The translations under genes and the position numbers were made by a program. This document shows, in pieces, positions 39,153 to 48,960 of a stretch of DNA of 64,000 bases (its first letter is position 1; each line of letters starts with the position of its first letter). Under the pieces are notes generated by a model, which worked only from the letters and a program-made list of their open reading frames with translations, made no database searches and had not been told where the DNA came from. This DNA comes from a candidate division FCPU426 bacterium (GTDB lineage: Bacteria > Oederibacteriota > JAAXVQ01 > JAUVAV01), in contig DAOWGI010000005.1 in the NCBI GenBank assembly GCA_030637655.1, positions 4,766 through 68,765 of the forward strand, given 5' to 3'.

Positions 39153-40076
39153 TTATTTTTGGGCTTGTTCCAACATTACTTGAAAGGCCTTACTGGCTTC
39201 TCCGAAATACACGCTCATGTGCGGGAAAGGAATTTCAATCCCCTTTTCATCAAATGCTTTTTTTAATCTTCTGCGGTACTCGCGCGCGACTTCCCATTGT
39301 TTGATCGGTCTGGTTTTCACTCTGGCTTTAACCACTACCGCGGAATCTGCGAAATCATCAACACCAAACACTTCCAATGGTTCCAAAATCATAGGTCTGT
39401 ATTTTTCATCTGAACGCATGGATTCCAGGACAGCGGACATAATTTCCGAGACTTGATCAGTATCTTCTTTGTACGCTACACCGATATCAAATACATAGGC
39501 CGACCATCCCAGGGTCATATTGGAAATTGTATTAATAGAACCATTGGGAAAAATATGGACCACACCGGATAAATCACGCAATACAATGGTACGTAAATTG
39601 ATGGCTTCCACCAATCCGCCGGTGCCGTTAATGATGGCCACATCCCCTAAACGCACCTGGTTTTCTAAAATCAAAAACAAACCGCTAATAAAATCTTTGA
39701 TCAGACTTTGAGCGCCAAAGCTTACGGCCAAACCAAGCACACCGGCTGTGGCCACCATGGGGCCTATATTGATACCCAATTGCGAAAGCACGATCATGAT
39801 CGCCACACTCCACATAATCCCATAAACCGTTTTTCTTAAAACACTAACCAAGGTGCGTATTCTTTTGTTCAGTTCTTCTTCCCGGTGTTTATCTTCGGCT
39901 TCTTTTTTCAACATTCGTTTTGTCATGAATCCTTCAAAACCACGCAACATGTATTTCAAAAATAGATTCAAAACAATGAAGAGCAGAAGCGTTAACACAA
40001 TACGCGGTCCAGCTACCAGTATGAATTCCAAGAAATCTCTTGAATATTGTGTAAAATCAATATTGAATTTTTCCAT
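39153..40076 (-). CDS. mechanosensitive ion channel (MscS family)
   Basis: 3 N-terminal TM helices then conserved MscS beta-domain (GDVAIINGTGGLVEAINLRTIVLRDLSGVVHIFPNG). Confidence 0.8.
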   Translation of the reverse strand: MEKFNIDFTQYSRDFLEFILVAGPRIVLTLLLFIVLNLFLKYMLRGFEGFMTKRMLKKEAEDKHREEELNKRIRTLVSVLRKTVYGIMWSVAIMIVLSQLGINIGPMVATAGVLGLAVSFGAQSLIKDFISGLFLILENQVRLGDVAIINGTGGLVEAINLRTIVLRDLSGVVHIFPNGSINTISNMTLGWSAYVFDIGVAYKEDTDQVSEIMSAVLESMRSDEKYRPMILEPLEVFGVDDFADSAVVVKARVKTRPIKQWEVAREYRRRLKKAFDEKGIEIPFPHMSVYFGEASKAFQVMLEQAQK

Positions 40077-40097
40077 CGGGTTGCTCCTTTTTAAGCA

Positions 40098-40769
40098 TCA
40101 ATCGGAAAACGAGACCTTTTTTTTATAATTAATAAACCGAATGGTCAAATTATGCCGTTCGTCACTATCGCGAATTTGAAAGCGTATTTTTTTATAATGT
40201 GTTTTAAGCGGTAATGAATACCTAAACCGTCCGGTAGCGCTATGCAGGACAATTTCTTCAACTTGTTCGGGAGTCGTATATACGTATAATTTTTTAATTG
40301 GTGTCCGGGTAATGCTCTTTTTCTTCTTTTTGCCGGAAGCAATGAAATCCAGTTCCACTTTTATATCAATGCCGTATCGTCGATCAACGCGCACTACATA
40401 CTCGACGCCTCGGTAAAATGGTTTTTCCGCCGGAGCTTTGGTAAGTATGGGCCGCTGTCTCAGTTTTTTTCGTTTTTCTTCTTTCCCGGTTTGGAAATAG
40501 AGATCCTGAGGTTGTTTTACTTGCAATACTTTCAAGGAACGAATCATTATCGCTTTCGTTCGGTTCTGTTTAGTCAAGAACCCGAACATATTTTTAGCAT
40601 TCCAAGGGATTGAGGAATGTTTTTTTGGCAGCGAGGGTGAGGTTGTAAAATCAGTTTCGGATTCTGCACCAGGGCTTGAGTACGCTGTTGGAGTAGCACT
40701 CGCTATTTTACTGCCAAACACCATAAAAAAGCCCAGAACAATAATCACCTGATATTTGGTAGCATTCAT
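40098..40769 (-). CDS. hypothetical secreted protein
   Basis: Signal peptide; Lys-rich; no motif. Confidence 0.35.
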   Translation of the reverse strand: MNATKYQVIIVLGFFMVFGSKIASATPTAYSSPGAESETDFTTSPSLPKKHSSIPWNAKNMFGFLTKQNRTKAIMIRSLKVLQVKQPQDLYFQTGKEEKRKKLRQRPILTKAPAEKPFYRGVEYVVRVDRRYGIDIKVELDFIASGKKKKKSITRTPIKKLYVYTTPEQVEEIVLHSATGRFRYSLPLKTHYKKIRFQIRDSDERHNLTIRFINYKKKVSFSD

Positions 40770-40777
40770 TTTTCTCT

Positions 40778-41100
40778 ACCTGCTTTCCGAAATTAGTATC
40801 TTAGTTCTCAAATTCGTGCTTTTTATCCGCCTTCGCAGAAGACCCCGGCCTTGGCCTAAGATGAATGCGTAAGTTGCTACGGCGTGATGTCGCCCCACCA
40901 CTTGGGCGGATAACCGCGGCGAAGCCGGGTATTCCGGGTACCACGGGCTTGTCCGTGGGGCTCCATGGCAGAAAATTATTCGCCGTAAAGAGCGCAAAGA
41001 ATTTTTTTTGTCAGGATAACAGGATTGACAGAATTTATTTAAAATCCCGTACATCCTGTTAATCCTGTCAAATATCTTTAGTTCCGGCTTGTCCGGGTTA
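40778..41100 (-). repeat. ~160-bp repeat (family E) carrying a 140-nt GC-rich insertion; second uninterrupted copy at 57629..57790
   Basis: rc(41100..40986) and rc(40844..40778) align with 57629..57790; first 3 nt overlap rnd stop codon. Confidence 0.6.
40845..40985 (-). ncRNA. candidate structured RNA / mini insertion (GC-rich, multiple stems) inside family E repeat
   Basis: ~65% GC island in AT-rich intergenic DNA; stems ccacgg/ccgtgg, ccgg/ccgg, ggcc/ggcc; preceded on the minus strand by TTGACA-N17-like promoter sequence; absent from the paralogous copy at 57629. Confidence 0.3.
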
Positions 41101-42339
41101 GATATCTGCGGATTTGCTTTTCTTAACTTCCCCGGCTTTATGTTTGTTTAGTATTTTCTCAATGTCTTGCTCAAATTCCTGTTTTTGCCAAGTGCGTACT
41201 TCATTCCCGGCTTTGTCCAGGGTTTGATAATTCGCCAAACGTTCCAAACTGGACATGGGCCACAACAAGGCTGGATCCAGACCGGAATTTTTTCCCCGGG
41301 CCGCACGCCATGATTTTAAAGCAGTAAAGAGTTCCATGGTTTCAATATTTTTTCGCACAGAGGGTTTGCGTCCGGAGTTTTTTTGCAGTGGAATCGGTGC
41401 AGTAGCTCTTCCCTGTTTCAGTGCCTGATGCAAGGCCGACTGCCGTCGTTTTTGAAATACCACGGCCAATCCTTTAATGTTTTTAAATTCCGCTTCAGGA
41501 CTCCTGGCCAGCGCAATCAACACATCATCACCCATGACACGAAACGGGGCACGATCCATTTCACGGCAAAGTTTTTCCCGGAAAATAGCAACCTGTTGAA
41601 GAACAGCACGCTCCTTATCGTTTAGTTTGCGGCTTCCTTTGACCGACCATAATAAGGCTTCGTCACCAACAGGGCCATCGGATTTTAATTTTTCCAGCAA
41701 TGAAACTTCCTCCAGCGCCCAAGCGTCCCTGCCTTTGTGTTGCAACCGGTGCAGCAATACGTCTTTGAGTTTTAAAAGATAACAAACATCTCCTGCCGCG
41801 TACACTAGTGATTTTTGCTCTAAAGGCCGACAGGTCCAATCCTGCCTCTGCAAGGATTTGCTCTTGGGCAATTCGACACCTAAGAACTCCTGCAAAACAT
41901 TCGACAATCCCAGTTTTTTTGAGCCTAAAAAATGAGCTGCCACAGCAGTATCAAAAAGATTTTTTACGCGAAAACTAAAATCACGATCTAAGGCACGCAA
42001 GTCATTTTCACAGGAATGAAAAACTTTGCAAACCGCGGGATTGGCCAGAAGTTTTCCCAATCCCTTTAGATTGGTGCCAACCAGCGGATCCAGTAAATAA
42101 ACCTGGTCGTACAATCCAATTTGTATCAAGCAGATACGATCAGGATAACGATAGTAACCATTGCTCTCGATGTCCAGCGCTAAAATAGGTTCTTTTTGCA
42201 ACTGTTCAACCAGAGCGTCCCATTCATCCTGGTTGGCAATCAGCCGAAATTGTTTTTTGGCATCATGGGGTATTCCGGCTGCATATGTCTCTGTTTGTTT
42301 CGTTACACTCAATTTAGTTTTTTGTACGCAGGGCGGCAA
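41098..42339 (-). CDS. rnd: ribonuclease D (3'-5' exonuclease + HRDC)
   Basis: DEDDy motifs (LALDIESNGYY..., ...YAAGDVCYL) and C-terminal HRDC-like region. Confidence 0.75.
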   Translation of the reverse strand: MPPCVQKTKLSVTKQTETYAAGIPHDAKKQFRLIANQDEWDALVEQLQKEPILALDIESNGYYRYPDRICLIQIGLYDQVYLLDPLVGTNLKGLGKLLANPAVCKVFHSCENDLRALDRDFSFRVKNLFDTAVAAHFLGSKKLGLSNVLQEFLGVELPKSKSLQRQDWTCRPLEQKSLVYAAGDVCYLLKLKDVLLHRLQHKGRDAWALEEVSLLEKLKSDGPVGDEALLWSVKGSRKLNDKERAVLQQVAIFREKLCREMDRAPFRVMGDDVLIALARSPEAEFKNIKGLAVVFQKRRQSALHQALKQGRATAPIPLQKNSGRKPSVRKNIETMELFTALKSWRAARGKNSGLDPALLWPMSSLERLANYQTLDKAGNEVRTWQKQEFEQDIEKILNKHKAGEVKKSKSADI

Positions 42340-42751
42340 ATTCTTCCTTGGATATGCCGGACCAACGTTTTCCTTTCTGTATGAGATATGTTTCCAAGGC
42401 TGCTAAATTCGCGAAAAAATGTTCGTGATCATTAGCGCCGGTGTTTCCGTGGCATTCGGTTTCACCGGATTCATCCCAGCCGTAATCCCGACAAATTTTC
42501 GGCCGGTTATGATACATCCCGCATTTTCCCTCATTCGAAAGAAAATCACATTTGTTGTTTACTTGCAAATACCATTCTTTATCTTCAATGAACAAAGCCA
42601 CATCTCTGTGCGCGATATACCAACGCAGATGATCGTAATCTTCCGCGCTGCGCGGTTTATCAATCTGTAGGGCGAAATATCGGCAGCATTGGCCACCACA
42701 GACATGGCAATTGAGTACCGGTTGTTTCTGTTGCGAATCGTTTTCTGACAT
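42314..42751 (-). CDS. YkgJ-family Fe-S/zinc-binding protein (CxxCxxCC)
   Basis: NCHVCGGQCCRYF and second Cys cluster; 26-bp overlap with rnd. Confidence 0.55.
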   Translation of the reverse strand: MSENDSQQKQPVLNCHVCGGQCCRYFALQIDKPRSAEDYDHLRWYIAHRDVALFIEDKEWYLQVNNKCDFLSNEGKCGMYHNRPKICRDYGWDESGETECHGNTGANDHEHFFANLAALETYLIQKGKRWSGISKEEFAALRTKN

Positions 42752-42768
42752 CCTGGTAAAATTCCTTT

Positions 42769-43722
42769 CTATTGAATATTATTTAAGGCTTGCAGCGCTT
42801 CTTGACGGATCATATGGTTTTCGTTTTTCGTCAATTCTTTCAATTGAGGCCGGGCCAGCGGATCTCCGATTTCACCCAAGGCCCGGATAGCGGCTATGCG
42901 TACATCCTGGTCCTCATTACGAGTGGTAGATAGTAAGGCAATCACGACTTTTTCGCCAGCAAAAAAAGACAATTCATCACAAGCCAGAAGACGAATTTCC
43001 GGGCCGGCATGGCCCAGGGCACGTATTAATCCTTGTATGGCAGCGGGAGTCTTGATTCTGCCAAGTGCTATGACAACCTCCCGGCATACCCGTTTGTTCG
43101 GATCTTCCAATCGTTTTATCAGTTTTGGCACAGATGCTTTGTGTTTCATACGGCCCAAGACTTTGATTGCTTCAAGTCGTACAACCGATTCCTTATCTCC
43201 CAGCAAATTTTGGATGTCCGGAATTGCGGCTTTAGAATGAATATATCCCAACGCTTGCAGCGCGCCAACACGTTTAAATTTGTAGGTATGACCCAAGGCT
43301 TTACGCAAGGCCGGCACTGCCGGTTCTCCAAGCATGACCAGTCGTTCTATAGCAGTTTGCCTGCGGTGATGCTCGGTTCCCAAATCATGAATGAGTTTAC
43401 GTATTTCTTTGGCATGCCGGTCATCTTCGGGTGTCGGTGTATGACGCGGTAATATCTTTTTCAGCATCATTTTACGTTCTTCTTCAGTTGTTGCCAGATC
43501 GTCTTTTTTCGTCACTTCTTTGTCTTTGCGAAAATATCGTTGATAAAATTGATATTTTTTTTCATCTTGCTTAGTTCTGCGCCACGGTGTTGGTTTGGGT
43601 GTGGGATTTTTAAATTCCGACGCAGTACTGCCTTTGTGGGTTCTTGCCTCGGATTCCGCAGGCAGGCAGACCATTTCCACACTCGTAAACAGCAAAGCGA
43701 GAGCAAATATGAGGTTTAACAT
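42769..43722 (-). CDS. HEAT/PBS-lyase repeat protein (secreted)
   Basis: Signal peptide; >=6 HEAT-like repeats (VRxxAixALGxiG...). Confidence 0.6.
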   Translation of the reverse strand: MLNLIFALALLFTSVEMVCLPAESEARTHKGSTASEFKNPTPKPTPWRRTKQDEKKYQFYQRYFRKDKEVTKKDDLATTEEERKMMLKKILPRHTPTPEDDRHAKEIRKLIHDLGTEHHRRQTAIERLVMLGEPAVPALRKALGHTYKFKRVGALQALGYIHSKAAIPDIQNLLGDKESVVRLEAIKVLGRMKHKASVPKLIKRLEDPNKRVCREVVIALGRIKTPAAIQGLIRALGHAGPEIRLLACDELSFFAGEKVVIALLSTTRNEDQDVRIAAIRALGEIGDPLARPQLKELTKNENHMIRQEALQALNNIQ

Positions 43723-43782
43723 TATTTACAACATCTCCACAGCAGTATATCAGGAATTAGGAACTCCCAAAACTGCGATTAT

Positions 43783-45600
43783 TTATTTAATTCGTCCTGT
43801 ATTCCGGTTAATTTCCCGAATACTCGTATTTATTTCCAACTCCAAAAGGGTTTCCAATGCCAGTGGCATAATCATACTCCAATTGTGATCTCCGAGAGTG
43901 CCTGGACGGTTGATGCGGTATTCCCGGGGATCTTTATCAGCAAACAGCGTGCTGAGGGATAACCAGTCCTGAAGCAATTGGATACTAAAGATTGAAACAG
44001 TCTGATTTACTTTTTCAAGTGTTTTTTTTGCAAACTCACGGGAAAATTCTTCTTTCGCTTTCCCTGTCAGACCAACATGCCGCCAGAAAATTTCGCGCTC
44101 AGAAAAAGTTTCGCGATATTGACTTAAAAAATCCCGAACCTGATCCCGGGGCCGTTGTAATACAGCCAAAAATTTATCTTCCGAATCGAGTTCTGTTTTC
44201 CAGCGCAGCCTGCCGTCGGCTGATTTGGCTTGAGCAAAGATTTGCGGGATCAACCGGTCCGCGTCCAGCCCGCGGTTCTGACATTTTTGACGAAAGACCG
44301 CTTCTTCCACAGTCCCGACTTCGTACTGCCACCAGCCCCGTAAATCGCAGGTATCGTGGGTTGAAATTGCTGCTATAGAATTGGGTCGAAATTCATGATC
44401 CGCAAAAAACCGGTTAGTGTTTCCCCAATCCCTTTGCCAGCGCTGAACATCCATACCAACAATCCCATATTCCCGTATGGTTTTGTAGGAGCAATCCGGT
44501 ACTGTGCCAAGGTCTTCAGCACAGGGAAACATCGTGGTGTTGGAGAGCATCACATCCAACAATTGTTTGCCATGCTGTTCCCAGACAGCCTCTTCCTGAG
44601 GATCGAACACTCCTTTTAATTCCGATTGATTTAGTGGAATTGTCCAGAGTCGGAAAATTCCCACAAAATGGTCAATTCGAAACATATCAAAAAAATGCTC
44701 CGCATATTTTAATTTTTGGATTAAATAATCATATCCATGCTTGGCAATAACATCCCAGGCATATGGTGGCATGCCCCAGGTTTGACCATCAGCAAAATAC
44801 ATATCCGGCGGTGCACCGGATGCTAAATTCAATTTAAAATATGTCTGATGCGCCCAAACATCCGCACTATCTTTAGACACCAATAAGGGCAAATCACCCA
44901 GCAAAAGTACGTTTTTGGACTGCGCATACGCTTTTACACTTAATAGTTGTTCATATAATTGCCACTGTAACCATTTCTGAAAAAATATGTCAACCGCATA
45001 TTTTTTTAATAGTTTCTGACACGCTTCCGGGGCTTTCCGCTGCAATTCATCCGGCCATTCCCACCAGGCTTTTTCCTCATGCAATGTTTTTACGATTTTA
45101 AAAAGCGCATAATCGTTGAGCCAGAATTCATTCTGTTTTAAAAACGAGGTAAAAGCAGCGCAATTTTCCCAGGTTTGGCTCTGAAACATATCCTGGAGTA
45201 ATTTTAATTTAGCCTTTTTTATTCCATAATTCACACTTTCAGTGCCACTCGGAAAAGCTTTTCTTAGGGCGGCAATATCTTTGACAAAGGCCTCTTTTGG
45301 GACAGCATGCAATTTTTCCAAAGCCAGGTACATTGGCTCCAAAGCAAAGGAACTTTTCGCGTCATATGGCGTGAAAGTGAAACCTACGTCATTGAGTGGT
45401 AATAGTTGGATAATACTAATACCGGTTTTTTGGCACCAATCAATTAACAATGACAGATCAGAGAATTCACCAATACCAATGCTTTGGCGTGAATAAAGAG
45501 AAAAGAGCGGCGCCACAACACCCGCTCTCCGTGAAGTGGTGATCTTTTTCCAATGTTGTGCAGCGGGAGTTGTATACAGCCAGTTGTAATCATAATCCAT
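43783..45600 (-). CDS. malQ: 4-alpha-glucanotransferase (amylomaltase, GH77)
   Basis: 605 aa; GH77 signature regions (AGVVAPLFSL, catalytic Asp/Glu spacing). Confidence 0.8.
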   Translation of the reverse strand: MDYDYNWLYTTPAAQHWKKITTSRRAGVVAPLFSLYSRQSIGIGEFSDLSLLIDWCQKTGISIIQLLPLNDVGFTFTPYDAKSSFALEPMYLALEKLHAVPKEAFVKDIAALRKAFPSGTESVNYGIKKAKLKLLQDMFQSQTWENCAAFTSFLKQNEFWLNDYALFKIVKTLHEEKAWWEWPDELQRKAPEACQKLLKKYAVDIFFQKWLQWQLYEQLLSVKAYAQSKNVLLLGDLPLLVSKDSADVWAHQTYFKLNLASGAPPDMYFADGQTWGMPPYAWDVIAKHGYDYLIQKLKYAEHFFDMFRIDHFVGIFRLWTIPLNQSELKGVFDPQEEAVWEQHGKQLLDVMLSNTTMFPCAEDLGTVPDCSYKTIREYGIVGMDVQRWQRDWGNTNRFFADHEFRPNSIAAISTHDTCDLRGWWQYEVGTVEEAVFRQKCQNRGLDADRLIPQIFAQAKSADGRLRWKTELDSEDKFLAVLQRPRDQVRDFLSQYRETFSEREIFWRHVGLTGKAKEEFSREFAKKTLEKVNQTVSIFSIQLLQDWLSLSTLFADKDPREYRINRPGTLGDHNWSMIMPLALETLLELEINTSIREINRNTGRIK

Positions 45601-45861
45601 ACCTGTTACTCCAAATAAAAGATTAGAGAATATACCATGAATTTCAGGATTATACCTTAACTATTTGTATTGCTTAATTATACCTAAATGGTCTTTTTTT
45701 AAATAAAATTTCGCACACAGGCCTTATAAACAACTCGAACCATGTCTGAAAAAGTATTGAAAAATAACCACAATCAAGATATTTCTCGAAACCACTTTAA
45801 GCTCTTGACAACCTATATTATATATGGAAAAATTGCCGGAAATTATTCCGGAGGTTTTTTT

Positions 45862-48285
45862 GTGAAACTATCGTGGTCATGGCTTAACGAATTTATTGAT
45901 ATACAGGATATTACTCCTCAAGAACTTGCCCACCGTTTGACAATGAGTGGTTTGGAAGTGTCAGGCATAGAAGATAAATCAAAAGGCATGGAATCTATTG
46001 TGGCCGGACGCTTAAAACAGGTTGTGCCGCATCCCAATGCCGACAAATTAAGCCTTACTATAGTAGAGGTCCCTAACCAGGAGTTGAGAATCGTATGCGG
46101 CGCCAAGAATATTGCAGCCGGTGATATTGTTCCAGTCGCTTTGGAAGGCACTGAATTGCCTAATGGGCTTAAAATCAAGCGTACCAAAATCCGGGGTGAA
46201 GAATCCTGTGGTATGATCTGTTCTGAGAGTGAACTCGGCCTGGCAGCATCCTGTGAAGGCATAATGCAGCTTCCATCAGATACTCCGTTGGGAGCTTTAG
46301 TGATAAACCTTCTCCACTTGAACGATATTACTATTAATGTTGAAATTACTCCCAATCGTTCGGATTGTCTATCGCATATAGGAATCGCGCGTCATCTCTC
46401 TGCTGTTTTGGATCGGCCGTTGAAAATGCCTGCCGTATCTTTAAATGAAAAAGAACCCTTGGCGGCATCAACATATCAGGTCAAGGCAGACCCGGATTCC
46501 GGCTGCTATCGCTACTGCGCGCGCATTATCCGTGATGTGACCATTGCCCCCTCCCCGCTTTGGATGCAACGCCGTTTGGAAGCGGTTGGAATTCGACCTG
46601 TAAACAATATTGTTGACATTACGAATTATGTGCTGATGGAAGTTGGTCATCCACTACATGCTTTTGATCTTGATAAACTGCAAGGCACAACCATCTTGGC
46701 CCGTCGCGCCCAGGAAAAAGAATCCCTGGTTACCCTGGATGGCTTAGAAATAAAATTGGATACAGAGGACCTGGTTATTGCCGACGAGACACGACCGGTC
46801 GCTTTGGCCGGAGTTATGGGCGGAGAAAATACCGAAGTTACGGATATCAGCAAACATATTTTACTCGAAGCTGCTTGGTTTGACACGCGTATTGTCCGCG
46901 CCATGAGCCGGAAAACCGGTTGTAGTTCGGAATCCTCATATCGTTTTGAGCGAGGCACTGACCCGGAATTAGGATTACTACTCGCCCTTGACCGGGCCGC
47001 ACAGCTCATGACTGAACTCGCAAACGGCACCCTGCTCAAAGGCATAATTGATTCCTACCCCGCAAAGATAAAAACTCATAAAATTCGGTTACGTCTGTTA
47101 AGAGCGGAAAAGGTTTTAGGCATGTCTCTGGATGCCGGACAAGCTCTCTCCGCACTCTCGCGGCTCGGTTTTCTGGTGGCAGCCACAGATCAAGAAAATG
47201 TTTATTCAGTACGCGTCCCTACTTTCCGGCCTGACGTCACCATTGAAGAAGATCTTTACGAAGAGATTGCCGAAGTGATTGGTTATGATAAAATCCCAGT
47301 CACTAAACCACAGTTCACCTTGATTTGTCCTGATAAAATACCGTATCAAGAGTTTCAGCAAGCGTGTCGTGCGGTTGCGGTTGGTTCCGGCGCGCAAGAA
47401 ATTTTAACTTACAGCTTTCATAGTCCGGCTCATTTTGACCGTTTGCGTATTCCGCCGGAACACGAGTGCCGCTCTGCCCTGCGGCTTAAAAATCCCATGA
47501 GCGAAGAAATGTCGCTCATGCGGCCCTTGCTCTTGCCGGGTCTGATTGAAACCCTTTCCTACAATCAGCGTCGCGGACAAGATCGTATATATTTATTCGA
47601 GACCGGATCTGTGTTTTTACCTCGCTGCGGAGAACCCTTGCCGGCCGAACCAAAACATTTGGGCCTTGCTTTGTACGGGCCGCAGCAACCCAGGTATTGG
47701 CGTTTGGGTAAAAAGCGTGCGCTGACGGACTTCTATGATTTAAAAGGAATCATTGAGAATATTATACAGCGCTTGCATATCAAGACCAGGATCAGGTTTG
47801 AACCAACGGAATTCCCTTTTTTGCATCCGATGATTTCCTTCAGCCTGCAAAGCGCGGATGGGAAGAGCCTTGGTTGGGCCGGCGCTTTGCATCCGGAGTC
47901 GCAGGAAAAGTATAAATTAAAAGAGACGGTTTTGGTGGCTGAAATTGATTTAACCGCTCTTTTTCCCTTCTGGGTGGAACGACCGGGTGTCAAACGTTTT
48001 TCACGCTATCCGGCAGCTGTCCGTGATATATCTCTGGCAGTGTCCGAGGAAATTCAGGCCGGCGATATAGTCAAAGCCATTTTAGCTGTCGGTCAAGAAC
48101 TGGTTACAGATGTAACTCCCTTTGATCTTTATCAGGGAGAAGAACTTTCCCCCGGCACCAAGAGTTTGGCTTTTGCTTTGACTATGCAAGCCTTGGATCG
48201 TACTTTGTTGGATGAGGAAGTGAATCAAATGCAGACTAAAATAATTTCGCATTTACGGAATAAATTCAACGCTCAGCAGCGCTAA
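45862..48285 (+). CDS. pheT: phenylalanyl-tRNA synthetase beta subunit
   Basis: GTG start 45862 with GGAGG RBS (VKLSWSWLNEFID canonical N-terminus); tRNA-binding, B3/4, B5 and FDX-ACB domains; pheS not adjacent. Confidence 0.9.
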   Translation: MKLSWSWLNEFIDIQDITPQELAHRLTMSGLEVSGIEDKSKGMESIVAGRLKQVVPHPNADKLSLTIVEVPNQELRIVCGAKNIAAGDIVPVALEGTELPNGLKIKRTKIRGEESCGMICSESELGLAASCEGIMQLPSDTPLGALVINLLHLNDITINVEITPNRSDCLSHIGIARHLSAVLDRPLKMPAVSLNEKEPLAASTYQVKADPDSGCYRYCARIIRDVTIAPSPLWMQRRLEAVGIRPVNNIVDITNYVLMEVGHPLHAFDLDKLQGTTILARRAQEKESLVTLDGLEIKLDTEDLVIADETRPVALAGVMGGENTEVTDISKHILLEAAWFDTRIVRAMSRKTGCSSESSYRFERGTDPELGLLLALDRAAQLMTELANGTLLKGIIDSYPAKIKTHKIRLRLLRAEKVLGMSLDAGQALSALSRLGFLVAATDQENVYSVRVPTFRPDVTIEEDLYEEIAEVIGYDKIPVTKPQFTLICPDKIPYQEFQQACRAVAVGSGAQEILTYSFHSPAHFDRLRIPPEHECRSALRLKNPMSEEMSLMRPLLLPGLIETLSYNQRRGQDRIYLFETGSVFLPRCGEPLPAEPKHLGLALYGPQQPRYWRLGKKRALTDFYDLKGIIENIIQRLHIKTRIRFEPTEFPFLHPMISFSLQSADGKSLGWAGALHPESQEKYKLKETVLVAEIDLTALFPFWVERPGVKRFSRYPAAVRDISLAVSEEIQAGDIVKAILAVGQELVTDVTPFDLYQGEELSPGTKSLAFALTMQALDRTLLDEEVNQMQTKIISHLRNKFNAQQR

Positions 48286-48314
48286 CGTCAGGTGTACAGG
48301 AGACAATTATTTCC

Positions 48315-48596
48315 ATGGTTGTGGACGAATGGACAAAACTGGTTCGACACGTCGATTCCTTAATCAATGAATTGCGCGTCGCGAGAGAAGAAACTAAAAA
48401 ATGGCGCGCTCATGCCATCGAACTGGAGCGTTTTAAAAATACCGAGAATCGCGCCGTCCTTTTGGAGAACCAGTCCGAAGCACGCGAACTGGAGCGCTTC
48501 CGCAAAGAAAGAAAAAAAATGATTACCATGGTCACAAAACTCATCGCTGAATTGGACCAGGCACAAATACAAGTGCTGGAGAATAAAAATGGGTGA
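48315..48596 (+). CDS. ZapB-like coiled-coil cell-division protein
   Basis: 93-aa all-coiled-coil protein immediately upstream of zapA with 8-bp overlap. Confidence 0.45.
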   Translation: MVVDEWTKLVRHVDSLINELRVAREETKKWRAHAIELERFKNTENRAVLLENQSEARELERFRKERKKMITMVTKLIAELDQAQIQVLENKNG

Positions 48597-48960
48597 AGAA
48601 CGTCATGGTATAAAAGTAAATATATTCGGCAGTGAATACGTCATACGCGGCGAAGCCGATGAAGCCTACATTCAATCTTTGGCGCAGTATGTGAATGAAA
48701 AGATGAAAGAGATTGCTCAAAGTACGCATCTGACCAGTCCTGTGAAAATCGCCATGCTAGCCTCAATTAATATGGCAGACGATATTTTTCGTCTACGCGA
48801 ACGTCTTCAAGATAAATCCGCTGCGCAGCAAACATCCCTGCCCCAAGAACCACTACCAGAACCAGCTCCAGAGCTTTTGGAAACTGAAATATCTTCGGTC
48901 GCGCCGGAAGCCATTACCGCGCTTTCTCAGCACATCAAATCCGCTTTGGAAGAGGAATGA
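48589..48960 (+). CDS. zapA: cell division protein ZapA
   Basis: N-terminal ...VNIFGSEYVIRGEADEAYIQSLAQYVNEKM... typical ZapA. Confidence 0.7.
   Translation: MGEERHGIKVNIFGSEYVIRGEADEAYIQSLAQYVNEKMKEIAQSTHLTSPVKIAMLASINMADDIFRLRERLQDKSAAQQTSLPQEPLPEPAPELLETEISSVAPEAITALSQHIKSALEEE

Noticed and set aside
40845-40985. Identification of the GC-rich block as SRP RNA, tmRNA, RNase P RNA or a c-di-GMP, cobalamin or other common riboswitch
   Set aside because: No GGAAGCAGCC-type SRP motif, tmRNA tag region, RNase P conserved regions or riboswitch core motifs could be found by eye. It is retained only as an unclassified structured candidate.
40776-41054. 92-aa ORF on the minus strand across the GC-rich block
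   Set aside because: It is Arg/Pro-rich as expected from translating GC-rich structured DNA. It lies inside a repeat whose paralog lacks this block, and it has no RBS.
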